Below are positions 1 to 22,242 of a stretch of 64,000 bases of DNA, piece by piece. Under the pieces are notes generated by a model. That model was not told where the DNA came from, searched no databases, and was given only the letters and a program-made list of their open reading frames with translations. The stretch comes from the human T2T-CHM13v2.0 reference genome, Homo sapiens. Position 1 is the first letter of the stretch, and the number at the start of each line of letters is the position of its first letter. Location of the stretch: NCBI RefSeq assembly GCF_009914755.1, contig NC_060948.1; one strand, written 5' to 3'. The position numbers and the translations under genes are program-made.

Positions 1-162
1 CACCACACTGGGACTACACCAGCTGCCACCATGCCTTGCTAATTTTTTGGATTTTTAGTAGTGACAGCGTTTCACTGTATTGGCCAGGATGGTCTTGATC
101 TCTTCACCTTGTGATCCCCTTGCCTTGGCCTCCAAATTTGCTGGGATTACAGGCCTGAGCCA
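1..162 (-). mobile_element. Alu in DYZ2 unit 1 (partial, cut by window start)
   Basis: ctgggactac...gctaattttttggatttttagtag...ttggcctccaaatttgctgggattacaggcctgagcc is the reverse complement of the Alu linker and left arm. Confidence 0.93.
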
Positions 163-736
163 AGATCCATATTTTTTAAATGAAAAAAAATTTCAAAGGT
201 ACTCTGCTTGGTACAATAATCAAATGTATAAACTGAGGAATAAAACATAACCATGAAACCTACTTATAACTGCATATGGAAAATGCAGAGGATAATTTTT
301 TAAATAACATATTTTGAAAGCCTTAACTATTAATTTGAAGAGTTGGCATTTGAAAGGCCAGTATGAATATACCTTCAAAGCAGCAACACAGGTTCCCCAT
401 GAGAAAAAGCAAACACAGGGAAAATAAAAACACAAAGGTTCAATCTCTTCTGACCTTTGAAAGACACAGCACAGACAGTGGTCCTTAGGACGAAGAGCAG
501 GAGACCCCTAATTCCGTCACCATGGCGATAGGGCATAAACATTGCTGGGTGAGGGCACAATCCACATTGTGAGGTCCAACTGCTGCCAGGAAGACAGGAG
601 TGCTTTTACATAGACCGAAAGGTCATTGAAGGCTCAGAGTTTTGTTTCAAGAACTGAATCCCAAGCCCACACGTTATTAGGCTGCGCTTCTTAAAACAAG
701 TTATGAGATGGGAAAAAGGGCACCCACAAACATACG
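163..736. repeat. HSATI segment of DYZ2 unit 1 (further copies at 2582-3155, 5002-5575, 7422-7995, 9838-10411, 12258-12831, 14678-15251, 18382-18955, 20771-~21344)
   Basis: Complex, moderately GC segment (agatccat...gagatgggaaaaagggcacccacaaacatacg) between the Alu 5' end and the AT block in every unit. The name HSATI comes from the known DYZ2 architecture; edges are approximate. Confidence 0.8.
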
Positions 737-2289
737 TATACATTATGTATATAATAATATACAGTGTCATATATTTAATATATATAACCTATGTATAATA
801 TTGTTTTACATCCTGCATCTTATGTTATATATATTGTATAAAATATAATAATTGATAATATATAAGTTTTATAATTATACAATATGACATATAGTATATA
901 TTATAATTTATGACATATATAATATATGTTATATGTCATATATAGAATATATTATACGGTTAATATACGTATTAAATATAAATTATACATTATATATATT
1001 ATATATAATATATCTGTTATATATAATACCCACTATGCATAATATATATATTATGTCTATGTTATATATAGTATAAAACAACATATAATAATATGTAATT
1101 GTATATATAAAATGCGACATATAATATATATTATATTTTATAACATATGTAATATATATTATATATTATATATAATACGTTGTATGTATAATACCTATAT
1201 TAAATATATATTATATGACTATGTTATTAATTACATGTCACATGTGTTATATATTATATATTTTACATAGAATATACCGGTTACATACAATATATACTAT
1301 GTTACCTATAATGTGTAATTTATTACATGTAAAATAAAGAATGCAATATATTATGTATAATTTATAATATACAATATGTGGAATGTGATATATATAACAT
1401 ATAATATATGATATATGATATACAGTATATGATATATAACATACAAAATATGATTCCTAATATATATGGTATACAATATATATTTTATGATATGTATTCT
1501 ATATGTTTTATATTCTGTTATATATAACTATTTGAAATTATATATAACTGTATAATATTTTATGTAAATATGTAATATAATATATATAACTATATAATAT
1601 ATTATAGATAACTATATATTATGTTATATATACTTTTATAACATAATTTACATAAAATATCATAATATAATATATATTATATTATTTCATATTATATAAT
1701 ATATATTACATATCACCCAATATAACTAACATACATAATATTATAATATAGATTATATTGTGTTATATTAAATATCATATATATCATGTATCATATATTC
1801 TATAATATATATTACACATTATATAATATGTATGTTGTCTATTATGTGATATATATAACTATATATATAATTATATTTTTATACATATAACTAGATAAAC
1901 ATGTAATTCTACATATTTTCATTTATAATATGTAGAATTATATAATCATATATAATTATTTATATTCTATAAAAATTTTATCATTATATAAATTATAATA
2001 TATAAAAATTATAATATGTACTACAAATATATATATTATATATCATATATGATATAGTACCTTTGTTATATATCATAATACATATAAATGTGTATTATGT
2101 TATCTATAATTATATAATTTCATATATAAGATGTATAATATGTATCATATATTATATATGTTATGTAATATATATAGTATATATAAGATGACACAGGATA
2201 AATATTATATACTATGACATATAAAATATATCAGGTTATATGTTACATATAAGGCATAGCACATAACATGTAATATGTATCATATATAA
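737..2289. repeat. AT-rich low-complexity block of DYZ2 unit 1 (further copies at 3156-4709, 5576-7129, 7996-9545, 10412-11965, 12832-14385)
   Basis: Degenerate (TA)n, TATATAAC and GATATAT motifs with very few G/C. The sequence is conserved position by position between units (e.g. ataccggtt, tcacccaat, gtacctttg, gacacagg). Confidence 0.93.
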
Positions 2290-2581
2290 TTTTTTTTTAG
2301 ACAGAATCTTGTCGTGTTGCACAGGGTGGGGTACAATGGCGCCATCTTTGCTCACTGCAACTTCTGCCTCATGGGTCCAAGCGATTGTCCTCCCTCAGCC
2401 TCCCAGGTAGCTGGGACTACACCACACTGGGACTACACCAGCTGCCACCATGCCTAGCTAATTTTTTGTATTTTTAGTAGTGACAGCGTTTCACTGTATT
2501 GGCCAGTATGGTCTTGATCTCTTCACCTTGTGATCCCCTTGCCTTGGCCTCCAAATTTGCTGGGATTACAGGCCTGAGCCA
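2290..2581 (-). mobile_element. Diverged Alu (AluSc/AluY-like) in DYZ2 unit 2
   Basis: T9 tail followed by agacagaatcttg...ctcactgcaac...ctcagcctccc...gctgggattacaggcctgagcc. It lacks ~12 nt of the Alu 5' end and carries an internal 16-bp duplication at 2411-2440. Confidence 0.95.
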
Positions 2582-4686
2582 AGATCCATATTTTTTAAAT
2601 GAAAAAAAATTTCAAAGGTACTCTGCTTGGTACAATAATCAAATGTATAAACTGAGGAATAAAACATAACCATGAAACCTACTTATAACTGCATATGGAA
2701 AATACAGAGGATAATTTTTTAAATAACATATTTTGAAAGCCTTAACTAGTAATTTGAAGAGTTGGCATTTGAAAGGCCAGTATGAATATACCTTCAAAGC
2801 AGCAACACAGGTTCCCCATGAGAAAAAGCAAACACAGGGGAAATAAAAACACAAAGGTTCAATCTCTTCTGACCTTTGAAAGACACAGCACAGACAGTGG
2901 TCCTTAGGACGAAGAGCAGGAGACCCCTAATTCCGTCACCATGGCGATAGGGCATAAACATTGCTGGGTGAGGGCACAATCCACATTGTGAGGTCCAACT
3001 GCTGCCAGGAAGACAGGAGTGCTTTTACATAGACCGAAAGGTCATTGAAGGCTCAGAGTTTTGTTTCAAGAACTGAATCCCAAGCCCACACGTTATTAGG
3101 CTGCGCTTCTTAAAACAAGTTATGAGATGGGAAAAAGGGCACCCACAAACATACGTATACATTATGTATATAATAATATACAGTGTCATATATTTAATAT
3201 ATATAACCTATGTATAATATTGTTTTACATCCTGCATCTTATGTTATATATATTGTATAAAATATAATAATTGATAATATATAAGTTTTATAATTATACA
3301 ATATGACATATAGTATAAATTATAATTTATGACATATATAATATATGTTATATGTCATATATAGAATATATTATACGGTTAATATACGTATTAAATATAA
3401 ATTATACATTATATATATTATATATAATATATCTGTTATATATAATACCCATTATGCATAATATATATATTATGTCTATGTTATATATAGTATAAAACAA
3501 CATATAATAATATATAATTTTATATATAAAATGCGACATATAATATATATTATATTTTATAACATATGTAATTTATATTATATATTATATATAATACGTT
3601 GTATGTATAATACCTATATTAAATATATATTATATGACTATGTTATTAATTACATGTCACATGTGTTATATATTATATATTTTACATAGAATATACCGGT
3701 TACATACAATATATACTATGTTACCTATAATGTATAATTTATTACATGTAAAATAAAGAATGCAATATATTATGTATAATTTATAATATACCATATGTGG
3801 AATGTGATATATATAACATATAATATATGATATATGATATACAGTATATGATATATAACATACAATATATGATTCCTAGTATATATTGTATACAATATAT
3901 ATTTTATGATATGTATTCTATATGTTTTATATTCTGTTATATATAACTATTTGAAATTATATATAACTGTATAATATTTTATGTAAATATGTAATATAAT
4001 ATATATAACTATATAATATATTACATATAACTATATATTACGTTATATATACTTTTATAACATAATTTACATAAAATATCATAATGTAATATATATTATA
4101 TTATTTCATATTACATAATATATATTACATATCACCCAATATAACTAACATACATAATATTATAATATAGATTATATTGTGTTATATTAAATATCATATA
4201 TATCATGTATCATATATTATATAATATATATTACACATTATATAATATGTATGTTGTCTATTATGTGATATATATAACTATATATATAATTATATTTTTA
4301 TACATATAACTAGATAAACATGTAATTCTACATATTTTCATTTATAATATGTAGAATTATATAATCATATATAATTATTTATATTCTATAAAAAATTTTA
4401 TCATAATATAAATTATAATATATAAAAATTATAATATGTACTACAAATATATATATTATATATCATATATGATATAGTACCTTTGTTATATATCATAATA
4501 CATATAAATGTGTATTATGTTATCTATAATTATATAATTTCATATATAAGATGTATAATATGTATCATATATTATATATGTTATGTAATATATATAGTAT
4601 ATATAAGATGACACAGGATAAATATTATATACTATGACATATAAAATATATGAGGTTATATGTTACATATAAGGCATAGCACATAA

Positions 4687-5001
<315 letters not shown>

Positions 5002-7106
5002 AGATCCATATTTTTTAAATGAAAAAAAATTTCAAAGGTACTCTGCTTGGTACAATAATCAAATGTATAAACTGAGGAATAAAACATAACCATGAAACCT
5101 ACTTATAACTGCATATGGAAAATACAGAGGATAATTTTTTAAATAACATATTTTGAAAGCCTTAACTAGTAATTTGAAGAGCTGGCATTTGAAAGGCCAG
5201 TATGAATATACCTTCAAATCAGCAACACAGGTTCCCCATGAGAAAAAGCAAACACAGGGAAAATAAAAACACAAAGGTTCAATCTCTTCTGACCTTTGAA
5301 AGACACAGCACAGACAGTGGTCCTTAGGACGAAGAGCAGGAGACCCCTAATTCCGTCACCATGGCGATAGGGCATAAACATTGCTGGGTGAGGGCACAAT
5401 CCACATTGTGAGGTCCAACTGCTGCCAGGAAGACAGGAGTGCTTTTACATAGACCGAAAGGTCATTGAAGGCTCAGAGTTTTGTTTCAAGAACTGAATCC
5501 CAAGCCCACACGTTATTAGGCTGCGCTTCTTAAAACAAGTTATGAGATGGGAAAAAGGGCACCCACAAACATACGTATACATTATGTATATAATAATATA
5601 CAGTATCATATATATAATATATATAACCTATGTATAATATTGTTTTACATCCTGCATCTTATGTTATATATATTGTATAAAATATAATAATTGATAATAT
5701 ATAAGTTTTATAATTATACAATATGACATATAGTATATATTATAATTTATGACATATATAATATATGTTATATATCATATGTAGAATATATTATACGGTT
5801 AATATACGTATTAAATATAAATTATACATTATATATATTATATATAATATATCTGTTATATATAATACCCATTATGCATAATATATATATTATGTCTATG
5901 TTATATATAGTATAAAACAACATATAATAATATATAATTGTATATATAAAATGCGACATATAATATATATTATATTTTATAACATATGTAATATATATTA
6001 TATATTATATATAATACGTTGTATGTATAATACCTATATTAAATATATATTATATGACTATGTTATTAATTACATGTCACATGTGTTATATATTATATAT
6101 TTTACATAGAATATACCGGTTACATACAATATATACTATGTTACCTATAATGTGTAATTTATTACATGTAAAATAAAGAATGCAATATATTATGTATAAT
6201 TTATAATATACAATATGTGGAATGTGATATATATAACATATAATATATGATATATGATTTACAGTATATGATATATAACATACAATATATGATTCCTAAT
6301 ATATATGGTATACAATATATATTTTATGATATGTATTCTATATGTTTTATATTCTGTTATATATAACTATTTGAAATTATATATAACTGTATAATATTTT
6401 ATGTAAATATGTAATATAATATATATAACTATATAATATATTATAGATAACTATATATTATGTTATATATACTTTTATAACATAATTTACATAAAATATC
6501 ATAATATAATATATATTATATTATTTCATATTACATAATATATATTACATATCACCCAATATAAATAACATACATAATATTATAACATAGATTATATTGT
6601 GTTATATTAAATATCATATATATCATGTATCATATATTCTATAATATATATTACACATTATATAATATGTATGTTGTCTATTATGTGATATATATAACTA
6701 TATATATAATTATATTTTTATACATATAACTAGATAAACATGTAATTCTACATATTTTCATTTATAATATGTAGAATTATATAATCATATATAATTATTT
6801 ATATTCTATAAAAAATTTTATCATTATATAAATTATAATATATAAAAATTATAATATGTACTACAAATATATATATTATATATCATATATGATATAGTAC
6901 CTTTGTTATATATCATAATACATATAAATGTGTATTATGTTATCTATAATTATATAATTTCATATATAAGATGTATAATATGTATCATATATTATATATG
7001 TTATGTAATATATATAGTATATATAAGATGACACAGGATAAATATTATATACTATGACATATAAAATATATCAGGTTATATGTTACATATAAGGCATAGC
7101 ACATAA

Positions 7107-7421
<315 letters not shown>

Positions 7422-9545
7422 AGATCCATATTTTTTAAATGAAAAAAAATTTCAAAGGTACTCTGCTTGGTACAATAATCAAATGTATAAACTGAGGAAT
7501 AAAACATAACCATGAAACCTACTTATAACTGCATATGGAAAATACAGAGGATAATTTTTTAAATAACATATTTTGAAAGCCTTAACTAGTAATTTGAAGA
7601 GTTGGCATTTGAAAGGCCAGTATGAATGTACCTTCAAAGCAGCAACACAGGTTCCCCATGAGAAAAAGCAAACACAGGGAAAATAAAAACACAAAGGTTC
7701 AATCTCTTCTGACCTTTGAAAGAAACAGCACAGACAGTGGTCCTTAGGACGAAGAGCAGGAGACCCCTAATTCCGTCACCATGGCGATAGGGCATAGACA
7801 TTGCTGGGTGAGGGCACAATCCACATTGTGAGGTCCAACTGCTGCCAGGAAGACAGGAGTGCTTTTACATAGACCGAAAGGTCATTGAAGGCTCAGAGTT
7901 TTGTTTCAAGAACTGAATCCCAAGCCCACACGTTATTAGGCTGCGCTTCTTAAAACAAGTTATGAGATGGGAAAAAGGGCACCCACAAACATACGTATAC
8001 ATTATGTATAATAATATACAGTATCATATATATAATATATATAAACTATGTATAATATTGTTTTACATCCTGCATCTTATGTTATATATATTGTATAAAA
8101 TATAATAATTGATAATATATAAGTTTTATATTTATACAATATGACATATGGTATATATTATAATTTATGACATTTATAATATATGTTATATATCATATAT
8201 AGAATATATTATACGGTTAATATACGTATTAAATATAAATTATACATTATATATATTATATATAATATATCTGTTATATATAATACCCATTATGCATAAT
8301 ATATATATTATGTCTATGTTATATATAGTATAAAACAACATATAATAATATATAATTGTATATATAAAATGTGACATATAATATATATTATATTTTATAA
8401 CATACGTAATATATATTATATATTATATATAATACGTTGTATGTATAATACCTATATTAAATATATATTATATGACTATGTTATTAATTACATGTCACAT
8501 GTGTTATATATTATATATTTTACATAGAATATACCGGTTACATACAATATATACTATGTTACCTATAATGTATAATTTATTACATGTAAAATAAAGAATG
8601 CAATATATTATGTATAATTTATAATATACAATATGTGGAATGTGATATATATAACATATAATATATGATATATGATATACAGTATATGATATATAACATA
8701 CAATATATGATTCCTAATATATATGGTATACAATAAATATTTTATGATATGTATTCTATATGTTTTATATTCTGTTATATATAACTATTTGAAATTATAT
8801 ATAACTGTATAATATTTTATGTAAATATGTAATATAATATATATAACTATATAATATATTATATATAACTATATATTATGTTATATATACTTTTATAACA
8901 TAATGTACATAAAATATCATAATATAATATATACTATATTATTTCATATTACATATTATATATTACATATCACCCAATATAACTAACATACATAATATTA
9001 TAATATAGATTATATTATGTTATATTAAATATCATATATATCATGTATCATATATTCTATAATATATATTACACATTATATAATATGTATGTTGTCTATT
9101 ATGTGATATATATAACTATATATATAATTATATTTTTATACATATAACTAGATAAACATGAAATTCTACATATTTTCATTTATAATATGTAGAATTATAT
9201 AATCATATATAATTATTTATATTCTATAAAAAATTTTATCATTATATAAATTATAATATATAAAAATTATAATATGTACTACAAATATATATATTATATA
9301 TCATATATGATATAGTACCTTTGTTATATATCATAATACATATAAATGTGTATTATGTTATCTATAATTATATAATTTCATATATAAGTTGTATAATATG
9401 CATCATATATTATATATGTTATGTAATATATATAGTATATATAAGATGACAGGATAAATATTATATACTATGACATATAAAATATATCAGGTTATATGTT
9501 ACATATAAGGCATAGCACATAACATGTAATATATATCATATATAA

Positions 9546-9837
9546 TTTTTTTTTAGACAGAATCTTGTCCTGTTGCACAGGGTCGGGTACAATGGCGCCA
9601 TGTTTGCTCACTGCAACTTCTGCCTCACGGGTCCAAGCGATTGTCCTCCCTCAGCCTCCCAGGTAGCTGGGACTACACCACACTGGGACTACACCAGCTG
9701 CCACCATGCCTAGCTAATTTTTTGTATTTTTAGTAGTGACAGCGTTTCACTGTATTGGCCAGGATGGTCTTGATCTCTTCACCTTGTGATCCCCTTGCCT
9801 TGGCCTCCAAATTTGCTGGGATTACAGGCCTGAGCCA
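9546..9837 (-). mobile_element. Alu in DYZ2 unit 5
   Basis: Near-identical copy at +2416. Confidence 0.95.
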
Positions 9838-11965
9838 AGATCCATATTTTTTAAATGAAAAAAAATTTCAAAGGTACTCTGCTTGGTACAATAATCAAAT
9901 GTATAAACTGAGGAATAAAACATAACCATGAAACCTACTTATCACTGCATATGGAAAATACAGAGGATAATTTTTTAAATAACATATTTTGAAAGCCTTA
10001 ACTAGTAATTTGAAGAGCTGGCATTTGAAAGGCCAGTATGAATATACCTTCAAATCAGCAACACAGGTTCCCCATGAGAAAAAGCAAACACAGGGAAAAT
10101 AAAAACACAAAGGTTCAATCTCTTCTGACCTTTGAAAGACACAGCACAGACAGTGGTCCTTAGGACGAAGAGCAGGAGACCCCTAATTCCGTCACCATGG
10201 CGATAGGGCATAAACATTGCTGGGTGAGGGCACAATCCACATTGTGAGGTCCAACTGCTGCCAGGAAGACAGGAGTGCTTTTACATAGACCGAAAGGTCA
10301 TTGAAGGCTCAGAGTTTTGTTTCAAGAACTGAATCCCAAGCCCACACGTTATTAGGCTGCGCTTCTTAAAACAAGTTATGAGATGGGAAAAAGGGCACCC
10401 ACAAACATACGTATACATTATGTATATAATAATATACAGTATCATATATATAATATATATAACCTATGTATAATATTGTTTTACATCCTGCATCTTATGT
10501 TATATATATTGCATAAAATATAATAATTGATAATATATAAGTTTTATAATTATACAATATGACATATAGTATATATTATAATTTATGACATATATAATAT
10601 ATGTTATATGTCATATATAGAATATATTATACGGTTAATATAAGTATTAAATATAAATTATACATTATATATATTATATATAATATATCTGTTATATATA
10701 ATACCCATTATGCATAATATATATAATATGTCTATGTTATATATAGTATAAAACAACATATAATAATATATAATTGTATATATAAAATGCGACATAGAAT
10801 ATATATTATATTTTATAACATATGTAATATATATTATATATTATATATAATACGTTGTATGTATAATACCTATATTAAATATATATTATATGACTATGTT
10901 ATTAATTACATGTCACATGTGTTATATATTATATATTTTACATAGAATATACCGGTTACATACAATATATACTATGTTACCTATAATGTATAATTTATTA
11001 CATGTAAAATAAAGAATGCAATATATTATGTATAATTTATAATATACCATATATGGAATGTGATATATATAACATATAATATATGATATATGATATACAG
11101 TATATGATATATAACATACAATATATGATTCCTAATATATATGGTATACAATATATATTTTATGATATGTATTCTATATGTTTTATATTCTGTTATATAT
11201 AACTATTTGAAATTATATATAACTCTATAATATTTTATGTAAATATGTAATATAATATATATAACCATATCATATATTATATATAACTATATATTATGTT
11301 ATATATACTTTTATAACATAATTTACATAAAATATCATAATATAACATATATTATATTATTTCATATTACATAATATATATTACATATCACCCAATATAA
11401 CTAACATACATAATATTATAACATAGATTATATTGTGTTATATTAAATATCATATATATCATGTATCATATATTCTATAATATATATTACACATTATATA
11501 ATATGTATGTTGTCTATTATGTGATATATATAACTATATATATAATTATATTTTTATACATATAACTAGATAAACATGTAATTCTACATATTTTCATTTA
11601 TAATATGTAGAATTATATAATCATATATAATTATTTATATTCTATAAAAAATTATATCATTATATAAATTATAATATATAAAAATTATAATATGTACTAC
11701 AAATATATATATTATATATCATATATGATATAGTACCTTTGTTATATATCATAATACATATAAATGTGTATTATGTTATCTATAATTATATAATTTCATA
11801 TATAAGATGTATAATATGTATCATATATTATATATGTTATGTAATATAGATAGTATATATAAGATGACACAGGATAAATATTATATACTATGACATATAA
11901 AATATATGAGGTTATATGTTACATATAAGGCATAGCACATAACATGTAATATATATCATATATAA

Positions 11966-12257
11966 TTTTTTTCCAGACAGAATCTTGTCCTGTTGTACAG
12001 GGTGGGGTACAATGGCGCCATCTTTGCTCACTGCAACTTCTGCCTCACGGGTCCAAGCGATTGTCCTCCCTCAGCCTCCCAGGTAGCTGGGACTACACCA
12101 CACTGGGACTACACCAGCTGCCACCATGCCTAGCTAATTTTTTGGATTTTTAGTAGTGACAGCGTTTCACTGTATTGGCCAGGATGGTCTTGATCTCTTC
12201 ACCTTGTGATCCGCTTGCCTTGGCCTCCAAATTTGCTGGGATTACAGGCCTGAGCCA
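11966..12257 (-). mobile_element. Alu in DYZ2 unit 6
   Basis: Near-identical copy at +2420; tail reads tttttttccag. Confidence 0.95.
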
Positions 12258-14385
12258 AGATCCATATTTTTTAAATGAAAAAAAATTTCAAAGGTACTCT
12301 GCTTGGTACAATAATCAAATGTATAAACTGAGGAATAAAACATAACCATGAAACCTACTTATAACTGCATATGGAAAATACAGAGGATAATTTTTTAAAT
12401 AACATATTTTGAAAGCCTTAACTAGTAATTTGAAGAGTTGGCATTTGAAAGGCCAGTATGAATATACCTTCAAAGCAGCAACACAGGTTCCCCATGAGAA
12501 AAAGCAAACACAGGGAAAACAAAAACACAAAGGTTCAATCTCTTCTGACCTTTGAAAGACACAGCACAGACAGTGGTCCTTAGGACGAAGAGCAGGAGAC
12601 CCCTAATTCTGTCACCATGGCGATAGGGCATAAACATTGCTGGGTGAGGGCACAATCCACATTGTGAGGTCCAACTGCTGCCAGGAAGACAGGAGTGCTT
12701 TTACATAGACCGAAAGGTCATTGAAGGCTCAGAGTTTTGTTTCAAGAACTGAATCCCAAGCCCACACGTTATTAGGCTGCGCTTCTTAAAACAAGTTATG
12801 AGATGGGAAAAAGGGCACCCACAAACATACGTATACATTATGTATATAATAATATACAGTATCATATATATAATATATATAACCTATGTATAATATTGTT
12901 TTACATCCTGCATCTTATGTTATATATATTGTATAAAATATAATAATTGATAATATATAAGTTTTATAATTATACAATATGACATACAGTATATATTATA
13001 ATTTATGACATATATAATATATGTTATATGTCATATATAGAATATATTATACGGTTAATATACGTATTAAATATAAATTATACATTATATATATTATATA
13101 TAATATATCTGTTATATATAATACCCATTATGCATAATATATATATTATGTCTATGTTATATATAGTATAAAACAACATATAATAATATATAATTGTATA
13201 TATAAAATGCGACATATAATATATATTATATTTTATAACATATGTAATATATATTATATATTATATATAATACGTTGTATGTATAATACCTATATTAAAT
13301 ATATATTATATGACTATGTTATTAATTACATGTCACATGTGTTATATATTATATATTTTACATAGAATATACCGGTTACATACAATATATACTATGTTAC
13401 CTATAATGTATAATTGATTACATGTAAAATAAAGAATGCAATATATTATGTATAATTTATAATATACCATATGTGGAATGTGATATATATAACATATAAT
13501 ATATGATATATGATATACAGTATATGATATATAACATACAATATATGATTCCTAATATATATGGTATACAATATATATTTTATGATATGTATTCTATATG
13601 TTTTATATTCTGTTATATATAACTATTTGAAATTATATATAACTGTATAATATTTTATGTAAATATGTAATATAATATATATAACTATATAATATATTAT
13701 ATATAACTATATATTATGTTATATATACTTTTATAACATAATTTACATAAAATATCATAATATAATATATATTATATTATTTCATATTACATAATATATA
13801 TTACATATCACCCAATATAACTAACATACATAATATTATAATATAGATTATATTGTGTTATATTAAATATCATATATATCATGTATCATATATTCTATAA
13901 TATATATTACACATTATATAATATGTATGTTCTCTATTATGTGATATATATAACTATATATATAATTATATTTTTATACATATAACTAGATAAGCATGTA
14001 ATTCTACATATTTTCATTTATAATATGTAGAATTATATAATCATATATAATTATTTATATTCTATAAAAAATTTTATCATTATATAAATTATAATATATA
14101 AAAATTATAATATGTACTACAAATATATATATTATATATCATATATGATATAGTACCTTTGTTATATATCATAATACATATAAATGTGTATTATGTTATC
14201 TATAATTATATAATTTCATATATAAGATGTATAATATGTATCATATATTATATGTGTTATGTAATATATATAGTATATATAAGATGACACAGGATAAATA
14301 TTATATACTATGACATATAAAATATATCAGGTTATATGTTACATATAAGGCATAGCACATAACATGTAATATATATCATATATAA

Positions 14386-18381
<3,996 letters not shown>

Positions 18382-20478
18382 AGATCCATATTTTTTAAAT
18401 GAAAAAAAATTTCAAAGGTACTCTGCTTGGTACAGTAATCAAATCTATAAACTGAGGAATAAAACATAACCGTGAAACATACTTATAACTGCATATGGAA
18501 AATACAGAGTATAATTTTTTAAAATAACATATTTTGAAAGCCTTAACTAGTAATTTGAAGGGTTTGCATTTGAAAGGCCAGTATGAATATACCTTCAAAG
18601 CAGCAACACAGGTTCCAAATGAGAACAATCAAACTCAGGGAAAATAAAACCACAAATGTTCACTCTGTTCTGACCTTTGAAAAACACAGCACAGACAGTG
18701 GCACTTAGGACCAAGAGCAGGAGATCCCTAATCCCGTCACCATGGCGATAGGGCATAAACATTGCGGGGTGAGGGCACAATGCACATTGTGAGGTCCAAT
18801 TGCTGCCAGGAAGACAGGAGTGCTTTTACATAGACCGAAAGGTCATTGAAGGCTCAGATTTTCGTTTCAAAAACTGAATCCCAAGCCCACACGTTATTAT
18901 GCTGCACTTCTTAAAACAAGTTATGAGAAGGGAAATAGGGCACTCACAACATACGTATATAGTATGTATATAATAATATACACTATCATATATATAATAT
19001 ATATAACCTATGTATAATATTGTTTTACATCCTGCATCTTATATTATATATATTATATGTAATATAATAATTGATAATATATAAGTTTATATTTATACAA
19101 TATGACATATAATATATATTATATTTTATGACATATATAATATAGATTATATATCATATATAGAATATACTATACGGTTAATATACGTATTAAATATATA
19201 ATATACATTATATATATTATATCTACGTTATATATAACATTAACTATAGATAATATATATATTATATCTAGCTTATATATAATATAAAATAACAGATAAT
19301 TATATATAATTGTATATATAAAATATGACATATAATATATATTATATTTTATGACATATATATCATATATATTATATATTATATATAATATGTTGTATGT
19401 ATAATACATATATTATATATATATTATAAGTCTAAATTATTAATTATATGCAATATATGTTATATATTACATATTTTACATTTCATACACATGTTACATA
19501 CAATATATACTATGTTACATGTTACCTAGAATTTATTATATATAATATAATGTATGTCATATATTATATATACTTTATAGTATGCAATATGTGGAATGTG
19601 ATATATATAACATGTAATATATGATATATGATATACGATATATGATATATAATATACAATATATGATACATTTTATATATGGTATACAATATATATTTTA
19701 TGATATATATCATATATGTTTTATATTATATTATACATAACCATTTAATTATATATAACTCTATAATATTGTAGGTAAATATATAATATAATACATATAA
19801 CCATATATTATGTTATTTATAATTTTATTACGTACATTCAATAATATATCATAATATAATATATATTATATTATATTATTTTATATTACATAATATATAT
19901 TATATATCACATAGTATGTGTTACATACATAATATTTAAATATATATTATATTATGATATATTAAATATTATATATATTATGTATGCTATACTGTATAAT
20001 ATATATTATATATTATATATTATGCAGGGTGTCTATTATATGATATATATTATAATATATATAATTATATTATACATATAACGATATAAATATGTAATTA
20101 TATTTAACATTATTTATATTACATATAGTTATATAATCATATATAATAATTTATATTATAAAAATAATTATATCATTATATAAATTATAGTATATATAAA
20201 TTATAATATGTGATAAATAATATATATTATATATCATATATGATATAGCATATATGTTATATATCATATTATATATCAATTTACGTTATGATATCTATAA
20301 TTATATATTTTCATATATAAGATGTATAATATGAATTATATATTATATATGTTATTAAATATATACTTTATATAAAATGACACAGGATAAATGTTATATA
20401 TTATGACATATGATATATATGCGGTTATATATTATATATGAAGCATATTACATAACATATAATATATATCATATATAA

Positions 20479-22242
<1,764 letters not shown>

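Noticed and set aside
2281-2600. Alu target-site duplication (catatataattttt vs catatttttt) and independent Alu insertions
   Set aside because: The similarity is only catat plus a T-run in AT-rich DNA and the Alu 5' end is eroded. Identical flanks show the copies were amplified with the unit and did not retrotranspose separately.
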